A DNA stretch of 64,000 nt from Phoronis australis. Taxonomy: Eukaryota > Animalia > Phoronida. Positions 1-13,286 of the stretch are shown here, one piece after another. The notes under the pieces are model-generated. The model did no database searches. It saw only the letters and a list, made by a program, of their open reading frames with translations, and was not told the DNA's origin. Location: assembly GCA_002633005.1 (NCBI GenBank), contig NMRA01000028.1, positions 186,001 to 250,000 on the forward strand. The letters are read 5' to 3'. Position 1 is the first letter of the stretch, and every line of letters begins with the position of its first letter. The translations under genes were made by a program, and so were the position numbers.

Positions 1-1267
1 GAATAACCACAAAGAAGCCAGTGGATGATGGACTACAGTTCCCAAGAGGACTAGTAGAAAAGACCCCATGTTATTCAGCAATGGCAGTCCAAAGAAATCT
101 GACATAGGAATGTGGGAGCTGAGTGAGGAGAAAGCAAACAAATATAAAGAAGGGACAGTCCCTAGAGGAAACAGTGTGACACGTTGACACCTGTAACCCC
201 GCCTCCTAAACAAAATTCTTTGGTAGAGAGAAGAAGGCTGGGTCATTAAAGTAGGACAATGATATATAAGGAGAGGGGTGGCAAGCGCACACCTTTCTTG
301 TCTTTACCTGTCAATGTTAGGTGATACTTATCAAGACAGTGGTATCTTAGAGTCACATGACATAGTTTAAGGTGCAGCAATTGTTGGGCCACAGCTGATA
401 ACAATAATCAGACGATTCCAGGTAACATGATGACTAATATCCAGTATGATCAGCCATCAATTTTATCAGGCTATTTTTTTATCAAGCACAAAAGCAGATT
501 TTCATTAAATTCAAATGAGCCCAACCAGTTAAAATAAATAGTCAGCACTAACTGTCACAATCAAGTACATAAGTAAGCCAAGGCTTGCATTAGACAACAA
601 CGAACACTGACTCTACCACAAGCACTTATGCGCAATGCGCATGTGAAATACATCTATATTTAAAAGTATGTACGATTATTAACTGGGAAAAGCATAATTA
701 AAACGTATATTTGCTTCAGAGGCGTCGATCGTTCCAGCCAGGTAAAAGACCCCTAAGTGAACAAATATTTTGAACAATTCATTACTGTTTTTATAACTAC
801 GCCCCTGGAGGAGTACGCTATGCCATGGCTGGGTCATCTTTTATATACTGTCAAAACTAGATTTCAATATGTAACCAGAGTTTGAGCCCCACAATATTGA
901 GTACAATACCAGCACTAGAAAACTGAGTCAATATTTGACAGATATCTGCTCCTCTGATGTCACAAAAAACAGCATATTGCTACAGCCAACCCTGGGGGCA
1001 CCCAGGCCCTGTGTTCTGGGTTCAATAGATTCTCCAGTTTATGTGATCACTATGACCTGCTGCCTCGAGCAGGTTCCCTTGTTCTCTTTATTTTTTTCAA
1101 CAATGTGTTAACAATCTTTTGTTAGGTATTCAAATGCACAATTTTCAGGACTAGTGCAACTTATAGAGAATATGCAAACCTTTACAAAACATGAGGAAAT
1201 AATAATTCAGGCAGAATAATATGTGTTTCACCTCAGGCAAATTGCATGTAGCACAGAGATGACTAAC

Positions 1268-1317
1268 AACTGTATACTCTTGCTGTATAGTTCAACGGCT
1301 TGTCGCCTACATCATGG
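1268..1317 (-). CDS. Possible internal exon (HDVGDKPLNYTARVYS), perhaps of gene A
   Basis: Strong acceptor ttttttctttag, donor gttagt. Open only in phase 2. Confidence 0.25.
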
Positions 1318-2271
1318 CTAAAGAAAAAAATGATTCTGTAATCTCAATAAATAACTTAAAACATCTCGTAAATGAGGCCACATGGAAATGTCTGTCTGGT
1401 ATTGGAAACAAATTTTTAAGTCACATAAATAGGGCGAAGTCATCTGTTCATACCTGGAGAAACAGATGCCAAACATAGTGAACAACCTAATGCCAGCACT
1501 GGGTGACAATGTTACTCAAAACCAACTCAGAATCGAGCTTAAATTAGGATTCCCATGAATCAGTTTGAAGCATTTTACTAAAATTGCCAAATGACAGATC
1601 AGAGATGCAAGTTCATTAACAAATATAAACAAAATAAGAACTTGTGTATGGTAATTTATTGTTCCTTTGTATTTTCTAAAAACAATTGTTCATTTGTTGA
1701 CTTTGAAACCACGGAATTAATAAGGAAGAAAGAGCTGCAGCCGGAGGCAATGTAATTAACCAAAACAGTACTAGGGTGTCTTTGATCAATGAGGCAGATT
1801 TCGAGGTAGGCAAACCAGTCGAGTTCGCGGCCCAATCTCGGCCAGTGAGGGTGTCAGATTCTTTTCATGCCAGACAGGCTCATGACTAGCCACCAACGGG
1901 GTATAAAGGAATTTTTTCTGGCATAAAATGTGGGAAAACTTTACATGATAGAATCCAAAAATATTCCAGTTTCAGAGGAAACCAAAACCACCACTAAAGT
2001 AAATTTCCAATCATCAATGCCTACCTGTGGAGATAATCAATGCATACCTGTGGAAATAATCATATTGTAATACTGCAATTATTTCACACAAAATAATTAC
2101 CAAAATTTACATTTTCCATTCTTTAAAGGCTGATGGGACCATTAGCAAATGTTGCTCCATAACACCTGCTAGTTATCAACTAAAATTTTTTAATCTATAT
2201 TTCTGTGGAGAAATTTGATAAGAATTTTACTGACGTTGAGCGTGACATAAGGTAAAGAATTGTCACACATC

Positions 2272-2560
2272 AAAAATATTGTGCATACTCACTTGGATTT
2301 GAAGTGACAGCGAGCAACGCAACTGATACAAAATATTGTGATTACTCACTTGAATTTGAATTGAGAACCAGCAATACTACTGATACAAAATATTGTGCAT
2401 ACTCACTTGGATTTGAATTGAGAGCCAGCAATACTACTGATACAAAATATTGTGCATACTCACTTGTATTTGAATTGACAACCAGCAATACTACTGATAA
2501 AAAATATTGTGCATACTCACTTGGATTTGAATTGAGAGCCAGCAAGTTCACTACTGATAC
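2272..2560. repeat. 57-bp minisatellite, ~5 copies
   Basis: Unit aaaatattgtgcatactcacttggatttgaattgagagccagcaatactactgatac recurs every 57 bp. This explains the repetitive ORFs on both strands. Confidence 0.9.
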
Positions 2561-3139
2561 AGTCAAACATACATCCGTCACTTCCTAATACACACTTGAA
2601 TCCAAATTTGGATCTGACTTTTGTCTTCCTAAACTAATAATTTCCAAATGTACACCCCAGCCTTAAGGTTATGTAGGACCATAGAAATATGTCCAATATT
2701 GCACGGGAATATCGTACCTCAAAAACGGCTGTTTAGATTCACATGAAACTTTCAGATATTAACCTTTACCATAAAAACACACTGTTCTCCAAAACACTGT
2801 TACGAATTGTCTCAATATGTCTCACTTTTACATGAGGGACTAACAAAAAATGGGACTGATATAATTTTGATGAAAGAATTTTCAGGTTGCATAAAATAAA
2901 AATAAAGCAATAATTAAGAAAACAATTCAAACATAGATTTTGAGATTTTATCTACAACATTTATAGAATATGAAATGTATAATAAAAAATGATTGCAGGC
3001 AGTCTGGTACACGTTGTACCAAATGTGCGCAGGCCACACATGTGGGCCCACTGATCACCTGGAATCATTTTTATGCTTTATTAACACTATATAGTTAAAA
3101 CCGAGCTGAGGAGCTAGAAACCTGACGCAAGGGTCTAGC

Positions 3140-3218
3140 AGTGTGGGACTCAAACCCACGACCACGAGTAAAGAAAGCGGGCACCTATCACACACTTAGG
3201 CAGGGCCACACTGCCTCC
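3140..3218 (-). mobile_element. tRNA-derived SINE-like head (Pol III A/B boxes)
   Basis: Minus strand reads ggcagtgtggcc...gtggtcgtgggtttgagtcccac (A-box-like, plus B box GGTTTGAGTCC). Confidence 0.5.
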
Positions 3219-4545
3219 TCAGTATATGAAATGTGGTCGCATTATTGATCCTGTTGTTTTGCAATGAATGTACCTTTCTTTTTTTTGCATCGTCATGCAA
3301 CCTAATTAGATGCAGAGTCAGGCTGAAAGTCAATTTCTACTTTCATAAAATACTATATACTTTTGAGGAGTGAAATTCAGTAGTTTTGTAGGTATTAAGG
3401 CTTGTGGAATAGATTGGTCATTCTGCCAAATTAACAGACATACCAGAAAGACATTTTGATGGGAATGCTCGACTTGCACAAATAATTGGACTGCTGATGC
3501 CAAGAAAGTTTTATTTGAATCTCAACAAATTGATTGATTTATGTCTACTTGCAATTTAAAGGATAATGCTACCCAAAAAAACAACCTATCTTGAATCAAT
3601 TTAGCTCGAGTAGATCCACTCGATAACAGCCAGTACATTTCTTTTACCTGACACCTGACGGCAGACAGAGGTGTTGAAATTAACCAATGACGTCACAGGT
3701 ATGAATACAGTCTATTCAGCAGTTGACAACATCAAGTTCTTGAACAAACGTGCTGTTTTATTTCGCTGTTACGGATTTGTAGGCCTACATTAAACGCACC
3801 ATAGCCTACAAAGTTTTATAGGCCAGTTAACCAAGGTCGCTGGAGTTTGGGATCTGTTCGGTGATAAATTCGAATTATTCTTTTGTGAAATACAGACAGG
3901 AAAACATATAGCTGTGTGTTGTAATTTTAGACTTGCAATTTTTTCAGTTCTATCCCAGCCAGATCAGGCCCATCGCAGACGCACTGATTAGACATCACGA
4001 AGTTAAATCAGCCAAAGTTGGAAACCAAACTTCCACTCACAAAAAGACTATACTACAGAGCCAAAGAAATTAATGTGCACATGATTATTTTGTTAAATTA
4101 GCCGCGAAACTACAAATCTACTTACTCGTCGGGGACTGCAAAGTCTGAGGTTCCCCTTCCACAGAACCGCCAGGGCAAAAGTTGTACAGTAACAAGGATT
4201 CGAATATTGTATATGTATATCTAAATAAAATTCCCCTATCATCTAACCATAGGATATAAAAAAAAGCGAGAAAATGTTTCACAACAGCTTTCTCGTCAGC
4301 AAAAACTCAATTAGCATGCGCTCACTCACATGGCTTCGGTGCCCGGTCAATTAGCTTTATTGCATCCAGTCAGTAACGCAGTGATTTATTCATTGCTGGC
4401 TTCTCAAAACATTTGCACTCATGAACAATCTAAAGGTATTACATATTGTATCTAATGAGACAGACTTTGTTTCAGTTTTATATAAGTATTGGTTCGGGTG
4501 AGAATAATTCATTTTGAAACAGAACGCACAATAATAAATGTCAAC

Positions 4546-4962
4546 ATGGCACTGACTTGCAATCCCGACTTAGAGGAGTGCTCATCCGACGTAGACTTCA
4601 CAGGTCAATATTTGGTTTCACACGCTATCAGTTCGAACTGGAATACACTGATCAAGAAATACTAAAGAGGCGCCGTGAATGTGCACAGACCACGAAACAT
4701 ATGGATAGTTCCCAAAACCATTTGAACTTGTCGTGGTGTCAGTGCTCTAACTGCGCGCTTAGAAGCGACGGACGCATTTGCTGCCACGAAATTCCGCAAG
4801 TGAAACACCTTTGTGGAGAAGCGCAGATGTGTCTCACGGACCATCCTGATTTTGCACCGCATCTAAACAGAGGAGTGCTTACGACGTTTTCTTGGGCTGG
4901 GAAAAAAATGGCAAAAACATCCTACAGCCAGTCAGGACCAAACAGTCAAGCCTGACGAACGA
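4546..4962 (+). pseudogene. KolX / P2X7 ballast (nanor)-like first exon remnant
   Basis: YQFELEYTD...SWCQCSNC...ICCHEIPQ...CLTDHPDF..LNRGVL motifs, followed by donor gtaagt. Frameshifted near the start. Confidence 0.75.
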
Positions 4963-5079
4963 GTAAGTCATCAAACAGGTTATATAAAACGTTATGTTCC
5001 TATGCCTTGAATTAATTGTAATTGCTTATGTTTTCATGGCCAACTACAACTCTCCATAATCAAAAACTAATCCAAGTTT

Positions 5080-5375
5080 CCTTGTCTCCTGCCTGTCGAA
5101 CGCAAACACACTAGGCACAGCATCTGACTTCAGCCTCATTCTCTTTTTCTGCCCTGGCACGAGCTGTTAGGTAAGACAGCATTCGCCATTGAAATCACTG
5201 TCGACGAAATGCCGACCACAGCCTCATACTTAGTATTAACGGCGTACTTTTCATTCTTCAGTGCCGTGAGCCACTTCCGAATCATTATGTACTCTCAAGG
5301 ATATCGAAAAAACGACATACCCACTTTCCTCGCAGCTTCATAGTTAGCACAAGAGGAAACAATGCACCACACCAT
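5080..5375 (-). pseudogene. THAP zinc-finger domain (transposase N-terminus) remnant
   Basis: MVWCIVSSCANY...FFRYP*...RKWL...CGRHF...RLKSDAVPSVF: C2CH residues, conserved P/W/F and the AVP box. Contains stops and a frameshift. Confidence 0.85.
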
Positions 5376-5654
5376 AGTGGCACTCACTTTGCAGAAGAAC
5401 CACTGATGTCACTGCGTCATTTCTCACCATGAGAAATGACGCAGCCTTCCTCACGAGTTAACGAGACACCTCTCGTCGAGGTACAATCGACCGTATACAA
5501 GGTGATGTGGATATAGACCGATTAAGATGGCAAAAAGACTAAATAAATCGAGTGGAATTCTCCTTAAATCATTGTAAAGAAAAATATATATGAACGTTCC
5601 AAAAATATTTGGTGTGAAACAATTGTTAATAAGCCAAAACTTAGAATATCTTAA

Positions 5655-8306
5655 AGGAGCATGCCACCCAAAAAACAACCTATTTTGTATCAATTTAGAT
5701 CCAGTAGTTCTACTCGATAACGGCACGTTCGGTTGCGTTACCCGACACCTGACGGCAGACAGAGGTGTTGAGATTATCCAAAGACGTCACTGGTTTCATA
5801 CGCAGTCTGTTCAGCAGTACACAACACGGGTTACTGGTGTCAGCTTATCGCTTTAATTCATCGTTTAACACCAATAAATCATCAAACCTCGATGTAAAAC
5901 CCTTAAAAATACACAGAGTTCTTAATATATAAACGTTTTGTTTTATTTTGCTGTTACGGAATTATTGGTATTTGGACACGCCTACTAAGTTCAGCAGGTC
6001 AATTTACCAATGTCGTAGCAGGAGTTTGGGGTCTGTTTGGAGATAAATTCGAAGTATTCTTCTGTGAAATACAGACAGGAGAACCTAGATCTGTGTTGTT
6101 TATACTTGTGATTTTTTGAGTTCTAAACACACAAAACGCTTGTTATCCCGGCCAGTGGCTCGGAACCCGACCAGGCCCGTCACGGCTGCCGGGACTGGCA
6201 CGAACATAAACCAGCTTGAGTTGGAAACTAAACCTCCAGTCACGAAAAGACTATAATAGCGAGCCAAAGAAATAATGTGCACGTAATTATTTGTGTGAAT
6301 TAGCCACGAAACTGAAAATCTACTTACTTGTCGGGGGCCACGAAGTCAGGTTCCCCTTCCACAGACCATCAGGGCAAAGGCCGTACAGTAACAATGATTT
6401 GAATAATGTATTTGTATTTCTAAATAAAGATTCCCCTAACATATGTGACCATAGCATATAAAATCGAGTAAATGTTTCACAACAGTTTTCTGTCAGTAAA
6501 CACTGCGCTCACACAACCTCGGAGCCCAGTCAATTACCTTTATTGCCGGTATCAAAAGCTGGTAACGCAGTGGTTTATTCATTGCTGACTTCTCAACATT
6601 TGCAATCACGAATACTGCAAAGGCATTACAAGTTGTACCTCAATGAGACGGACTAGATTGTTTCAGTTTTAAGAATTGGTTAGTATGAGAATAATTCATT
6701 TTGAAACAGAACACAGAAAATAAACGTCTACTCGCCCGGCGCCAATCCCGACTTAGTCAAGAGCTCATCAGACAAAGACTTCACGGGTCGGATCGTTAGA
6801 TTTCAAAGGCTATCAGTTCGAACCGGAATACACTCATCAAGCAGTGGCGGATCTAGGATATCACAAGGGGGGGCCCAACATTTTTGTCCGGCTGTAAACA
6901 TTTGCGCAAACTGAACCACGATTGTAGATGCGCATAGCACCGAATGGGGGGAGGTCGGGAGGGGGGTTTGCCCCCCTACCGCCCAGGAAATTTTTCTGTT
7001 TTTACATCTAAAAATCAAGTATTTTCCTTGATTCCTGAAGTATTATCCAAGAAAAAAAGGCAAAAAAAATACGGAGAACGTGTCAAACAGAAAAAAAATG
7101 CAAGTGTCAAAGACTCGAACTCACGNNNNNNNNNNNNNNNNNNNNNNNNNNNNNNNNNNNNNNNNNNNNNNNNNNNNNNNNNNNNNNNNNNNNNNNNNNN
7201 NNNNNNNNNNNNNNNNNNNNNNNNNNNNNNNNNNNNNNNNNNNNNNNNNNNNNNNNNNNNNNNNNNNNNNNNNNNNNNNNNNNNNNNNNNNNNNNNNNNN
7301 NNNNNNNNNNNNNNNNNNNNNNNNNNNNNNNNNNNNNNNNNNNNNNNNNNNNNNNNNNNNNNNNNNNNNNNNNNNNNNNNNNNNNNNNNNNNNNNNNNNN
7401 NNNNNNNNNNNNNNNNNNNNNNNNNNNNNNNNNNNNNNNNNNNNNNNNNNNNNNNNNNNNNNNNNNNNNNNNNNNNNNNNNNNNNNNNNNNNNNNNNNNN
7501 NNNNNNNNNNNNNNNNNNNNNNNNNNNNNNNNNNNNNNNNNNNNNNNNNNNNNNNNNNNNNNNNNNNNNNNNNNNNNNNNNNNNNNNNNNNNNNNNNNNN
7601 NNNNNNNNNNNNNNNNNNNNNNNNNNNNNNNNNNNNNNNNNNNNNNNNNNNNNNNNNNNNNNNNNNNNNNNNNNNNNNNNNNNNNNNNNNNNNNNNNNNN
7701 NNNNNNNNNNNNNNNNNNNNNNNNNNNNNNNNNNNNNNNNNNNNNNNNNNNNNNNNNNNNNNNNNNNNNNNNNNNNNNNNNNNNNNNNNNNNNNNNNNNN
7801 NNNNNNNNNNNNNNNNNNNNNNCCCCCCCTAAATCCGCCTATGTCAAGAACTACTTAAGAGAAGCGCCGTGAACATGCACAGGCAAAGGAACGTATGGGT
7901 AGTTCTTTGGTAAGCCGGAATTCGTCAGGCAAATCACTGTCGATGAAAAGCCGGCCACAGACACGGAGATGTTTCACGGCCTCATATTTGCTATTAACAG
8001 CGTACCTTCCATTCTTCACTACCGCGAGCCACTTCCTAACCATTTCGAGCTCTCGAGGAAGTCGAAAAAAATGATAATACCCGCTTTCTTCGCAACTTCA
8101 TAGTTCGGACAAGCGGGAACGATGCACCGCAATATAGTGGCATTCACTCTGTAGACGAACCACTGATGTCGCTGCATTGTTTCTTACCTTCATCACTAGT
8201 TAACGCGACACCTCTCGGCAATGTAAGGTCAAGCGTATAAGAGGCAATGTGGATATAGACCGATTAAGACGGTAAAAAAGCTAATTAAATCGGGTGGCAT
8301 TCTCCC
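5655..8306 (+). mobile_element. Kolobok-type DNA transposon, internally deleted copy 2 (interrupted by a MITE)
   Basis: TTAA|AGGAGCATGCCACC ... GGTGGCATTCTCCC|TTAA. Homologous to copy 1. THAP remnant at ~7920-8135 (-): CIVPAC...VRKWLAVVKN...LRVCGR. Confidence 0.85.
6842..7843. mobile_element. ~1-kb hAT-like MITE with 5-bp TSD (interior is an assembly gap)
   Basis: TCAAG|CAGTGGCGGATCTAGG ... CCTAAATCCGCCTATG|TCAAG. The empty site is visible in Kolobok copies 1 and 3. Paralogue at 22138-23154. Confidence 0.85.
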
Positions 8307-8428
8307 TTAAAGCAGTCTTTTTTACACAAAAATATGTCGGCTTAAATCTGCCATGATCATAAAAATCTCTATTAGCTCAGTTACCTAAGGAACTTTGCCT
8401 TTAGACCCTTTCAAAATAACTCCTGTCT

Positions 8429-8771
8429 GAGCGGAGTGTCGACGACACTGCGAAGTTAACTGGACAGTTCATACTGGCTTCGGTTAAGTTAATGAACATC
8501 GAAGTAAACAGTAGGTGACGCTGTCATCATCGAAGTTATCGCAAGGTAGCGCTGTACACTAAGATTTTTGAAAGTGACAATGTGGGAATATTTACATGTG
8601 CTAATAAAACTTATTTTTAAATCGATTGGTGATAATTAGAGCAAAATATAAGCAACTATCAGCGACGGGCACTACCCTGTAATTGTTGACGATAACAGTG
8701 GCACTTGGCGATAACTTCGATAGGATCGAAGTTGACCGTTCATACTGCACCGCATCGTCAACGCTCTGCTC
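8429..8771. mobile_element. MITE, unclassified
   Basis: Imperfect 17-bp TIR gagcggagtgtcgacga / tcgtcaacgctctgctc, with internal cgaagtt motifs. Confidence 0.5.
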
Positions 8772-10780
8772 TTAAATCCACCTGTTTAGTGCGAAGTTAA
8801 CAAATATTCCTGCTGATGAAAGAATTTGTAGTTGTAGCCTAAATTTATTAGAAGACGAATTACATTTCACTTTCGTCTGCCCATTGAATAATCACCTAAG
8901 AAATGATCTTTTTTGCTTCTCACAATTTAAACTTTATGTCTTTGAGTGACGTTGAAAAACTTCAGGTTATGTTTCATAGCTTTCCTCACCAAATTGCAAA
9001 ATTTGTAAAAGAAGAAATGAGACCTTATACCCTGCTATTTAAATATATGTGGTACTGAAAGCGACAAATATTAAATCCAAAGGGTTGGGCACAACCATAT
9101 CAATTGGATTGTATTGCTGTAATTGATAATTATACTTGTCACTATAATAAATAAATACCTAACTAACTGTACCGACTTGTCAATAAGGGCCTAAATAACT
9201 TTAACTGCAGAAAAGTAGAATAATGACAAATATTGAAATGGTATTTTCCTTGAATACAAAGTACGATAAAAAATCTCCAGTTTGAGAAAGTGAAATTCAA
9301 GCTAATTTGAATTTTCTTGATAATGAAGAATGGGACAACAGATTTTGGCATACAGTATATTTCTCAAATGGTACATTTTATCAAGGTACGTATTTTCAAA
9401 ATAGACTTAATAGTTCGCAAAATCTTCAAAAATAAGATGGCACTGAAACATTTTCATGTGCCCCCGTAGTGCACTACGAGGTGAATGACCCTTTGTCGCT
9501 AGGAGTTATTCATGAATTTGGACAGCCAATATTGATTGAATATTTCTAAGACTTGGTACAACCTCCAGCCTTGATCAAACTAATTTTTCCATGTCCCAAA
9601 CTGGAGAATTTTCACTGTAATGTCCATGTTTTGTAACTAATGTGATTGTTACCCTGCCTCGCCTTTGATGTATACTTTTACCAATCACGAGTATTTCTTT
9701 ATTTGATGTTTGAACAGGCACTACAAACTGGATTATAATATATTTGTGCATGTTCATTTATAAATCAATCGATCATAGTCTGGTGTGAGCTAACTATGCA
9801 AAATGAACTCAAGTGTAACAGTAAAACTGGGACAATGATCACACAGACTGCACAATTTCCAGGTAACAGGAGTGGTGCATGACATCAATAAGAGCCATTG
9901 GGCCAGCCTGGCCAAAGGACAGGTGTAACAGATGGTGTTAATGTTGTGCTCCAAGAAAAAAAAAACACCCAACTGGTACACCAGTGAACACACTTCAATA
10001 GAAAATGGTACACAAGAGCTGTTACAAAGTTAGGTGTTGTATATTTTAAAACGTTTATTACAGCATTCTTTTCAAGATTCAAAAGTCCTTTTTCCGCGAA
10101 TGAGGTAACACCTACACTAACATTCAGGGTTTTCTTTACCATAGCACCTAAACGAGCTTAAGCCAGATTGTGATTAACCCATCATAATCAATTCATGAAT
10201 TAATGCACGTGGCTTAGCTGCACTGCTGAAGAAATCCCATTCGCTAATTACTCTTATAATGCATTAATTTTAAAAATTCAGGGACAGCTAATATTTACTT
10301 TTCAAATTTAAAAAGTCTTGTTGGTTATTTTCCTTACTTATTGCTCATTTTTTGACTTTGCCAACTGATGCTTAACATGTACATTGCTTACGACCACAAT
10401 TATCTCCAACAATACACGTTCAGCCAAGCCCATGAAAAGCGACTAGCTCACTTCAATCTGTGCACCATCAAGTCTCAGATGTGTAGAGGAATTCGCTGGA
10501 TACTTTCAAGGGTGAACAGTACATGCTTTCTCGTCCACTTATGTGCCAATCCTTTTAGTGTAAGATTTGCAAACTGCATTGGCACAGCCAACAAATGAGT
10601 AGCAAAATCGTTTGTTTATTGGGCAGATGTCATCAGCTCAAAATTCAGCTGGTCTAATAAAAGTGTTACAACCCTATCCTGACAATTCACTTTTTTCGCA
10701 TACCGAGAGATTCCCTATAACACAGACAATACATCTGACCATCACCTGTGCATAATGCACTAACCCAATTGCTAAAACAT

Positions 10781-11280
10781 TACGGCATTCTCCCATTCAG
10801 TGACTTTACCAGACATAGAGGGTTGTGAGCATGTGGTAACATGATTGCTCATTTGTTAACTGCCAAGCAGTCTTTTGTGTGGTATGGCAACAGGCAGGCC
10901 AATTATCTACCAGGCTTATTACAGACCACATGTGGACACAGTCAAACCCTGAGTACGTTTGGAAAGAATATACTTGTAACTTTGGTCGTAGTTGGGTGAT
11001 TTTGGCGATTCAAACATGATCAGAATTTGATGATAAATTCAGAAATGCTATTGGCTTATGTTCAAATATATTATAACTTAACTTTTATTTTTAACAGCAC
11101 ATAGGATCTCATTGGAAATTAAAGCAATTATCGAATAAAAGAGAGCTGGCCCTCCAACCATGTAAATGTCAGAATGGGGTTAATCAGTAGTGTAAGAGAT
11201 TGGCTATACAGGGGTCACCTTCCCAACTTGTTGTTGGGCTATAGAATCGAACAAGTTGGGATCAACGGGAAAATGCCATA
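10781..11280 (+). mobile_element. 500-bp MITE, AT-flanked family, copy 1
   Basis: AT|TACGGCATTCTCCCATT ... AACGGGAAAATGCCATA|AT. Homologous to 11782-12299 and 32049-32571. Confidence 0.8.
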
Positions 11281-11781
11281 ATAACCTTTCAAAATCTCTG
11301 GATCCACAGCGTGACTGTGGTGTATCGATACTCTTTGGTCTGAGTGACATGGTTGGGAGAAGTCGCACACTCCTCATTCATGCTGTGGCAACAAGCGTTC
11401 ATAATGCCATGAGAATAGCGTTTACACATACTTTGTACATTATGGCCCTCGACTTACCTCAAAATCCAACCTTTGCCTGGTAATTGGCCCAATTATGTGA
11501 CACATCCATGAGGAACATAATATGGCAACATTATACAAATGTTTTCTAAGGTTGTACAAGTTATATTTCTTGTCCGAACCACATGTTGTACTTTTCATGA
11601 ACTGTTCAAATATACTACCTAAAAACTTTCAAACAAAAATTTAAAAATGCTATTGTCACCACCCTCCCCCCTGGTGTTTATTGTGGGTCTGATTATCTAG
11701 AGAACGATTTAATCAGCAGTTTGAGAATATGTAATTAACTATAACAGCAGGGTGTCTTTGATCGATGCCGGCAGATTTCAT

Positions 11782-12299
11782 AACGGCGTTTTCCTGTTGC
11801 TCCCAACTTGTTCGATTCTCTAGCCCAACAACAACTTGGGAAGATGACTCCTGTAGCCAATATCTTACACGACTAATTTAAACTCCATTCTGGCATTTAG
11901 GGTTGAAGGGCCAGCTCTCTTTTGCTTGATAACTGCTCTAATCTCCAAGAAGATTGTATCTAGCTTGACTGGGCTGTGCTATTGAAAATAAAAGTTATGA
12001 TATATTTGAACATAAAGCAATAGCATTTCTGAATTCCTCATCAAATGTTGATCATGTGTAGTTTTAAATCGTTAAAATTGCCCAACTACAATCAAAGTTA
12101 AAACAATCTATTCTTTGCGAACGCTCTGGGTTTCACTGTGTTCACATGTGGTTTGTAATAACCCTGGTAGATAATTGGCCTGCGTGTTGTCAAACCAGAC
12201 AAAAGTCTGTGCTTGGCAGTTAACAAAGTAGCTAGATGTTATCACATGCTCACAACCCTCTACATCTGGTAAAAAGTCACTGAACGGGAAAACGTCGTC
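11782..12299 (-). mobile_element. 500-bp MITE, AT-flanked family, copy 2 (inverted relative to copy 1)
   Basis: Reverse-complement similarity to 10781-11280, with AT flanks. Interrupts an older repeat whose uninterrupted form is at ~1750-1875. Confidence 0.8.
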
Positions 12300-13286
12300 A
12301 TGTAAAAGGCCAGTTGCCCAATCTCTACCCGGCAGTGATGGTTACGTAGGATTCTTTTCATGAGACCTTGCTACACCCCCCCCCCGGACTGCGCGGTCTC
12401 TTAGAACATCAAAGAAATTCTGGCGACAGCAAGATACGCCTAAGCAGCAAGTCATGCCTATTCATAGAGACATGCCTGAGTTCATTTATCATGTAAATCT
12501 TTGTTAGAAAGTTAAGTGTGCCTCTAGTTACTTCCTCCAGAGTAGGTTTATTGCTTTGGAAACAAAAACTGTATGGTAATGCGCTGTCTGCAGGTGATCT
12601 GTGTGAATGGGGTGTAACTAGTAAATGGGTGTAACAGCAAAAAGCATTTGAAACAACCAGAGCATACAGAATGTTGGGCCTTTCCTTAGTTATTTAGGGC
12701 CAAAGCAAAGTTAACCAATCATGACAATAAAATGCAGTCAGTTGATTTTCCTGTGCCATATGTGGAAAACTAAGTTTTACATGACACCACCAGAGATTTT
12801 GGAACTGAGTAAACGTGTTCTCAAAACTGCAACAAAGACAGGTTTTATTTGAATAAATAAACCTGTGGCACTAAATCACTGCTGGGTTTTGCTGGAAATC
12901 TCCATTTCAATAATGCGCCTGAGTCATTGAGAACCCGCCAACATGAATTCAATGTCTACACTGACATTACGTGAATTTCTTATTTACACTGATTTTTGCA
13001 TCAACCAACATAGGGCCTACCCAGAAGTCCAGATACCTGAACCACTATTATGCGCAACGCTCAAGCCAATCAGGTAGCAGGACTTAACTTTGGTCAGCGA
13101 CATTCACTGAAAATGTATTTCTATGTACCAACACATAACATGAAATGGTCGTGATAGAATTTCAGGGGTTAGGGACTATAAACTTGACATGCTTTTATCA
13201 GCAATTTCAATAGTTCATAATCCACTCGGCTGTGGGGCCAATAAACATGATAATTACGCTTGGTCTGGCAATGGCACTACTTTTAA

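Larger units (their letters stand above)
3560..5564 (+). mobile_element. Kolobok-type DNA transposon, internally deleted copy 1
   Basis: TTAA|AGGATAATGCTACC ... AGTGGAATTCTCCT|TAAA termini. Carries a KolX/P2X7-ballast-like remnant (+) and a THAP remnant (-) in convergent orientation. Confidence 0.8.

Noticed and set aside
2272-2560. CRISPR-like regular repeats and repeat-protein ORFs
   Set aside because: No unique spacers, no cas genes and a eukaryotic context. The ORFs arise because the 57-bp unit is a multiple of 3.
3140-3218. Functional tRNA genes (also 22400-22461, 61672-61712)
   Set aside because: A/B-box-like motifs only. No intact cloverleaf, and all are embedded in repeats.
4557-4955. 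Host P2X7 receptor gene
   Set aside because: Only the ballast-like fragment is present, inside TIR/TTAA-bounded repeats in three decayed copies. There is no P2X channel sequence.
6944-7858. Long ORFs of 250-304 aa (also 25165-25705, 28094-28525)
   Set aside because: They run through N gaps (7126-7822, 25202-25672, 28204-28420).
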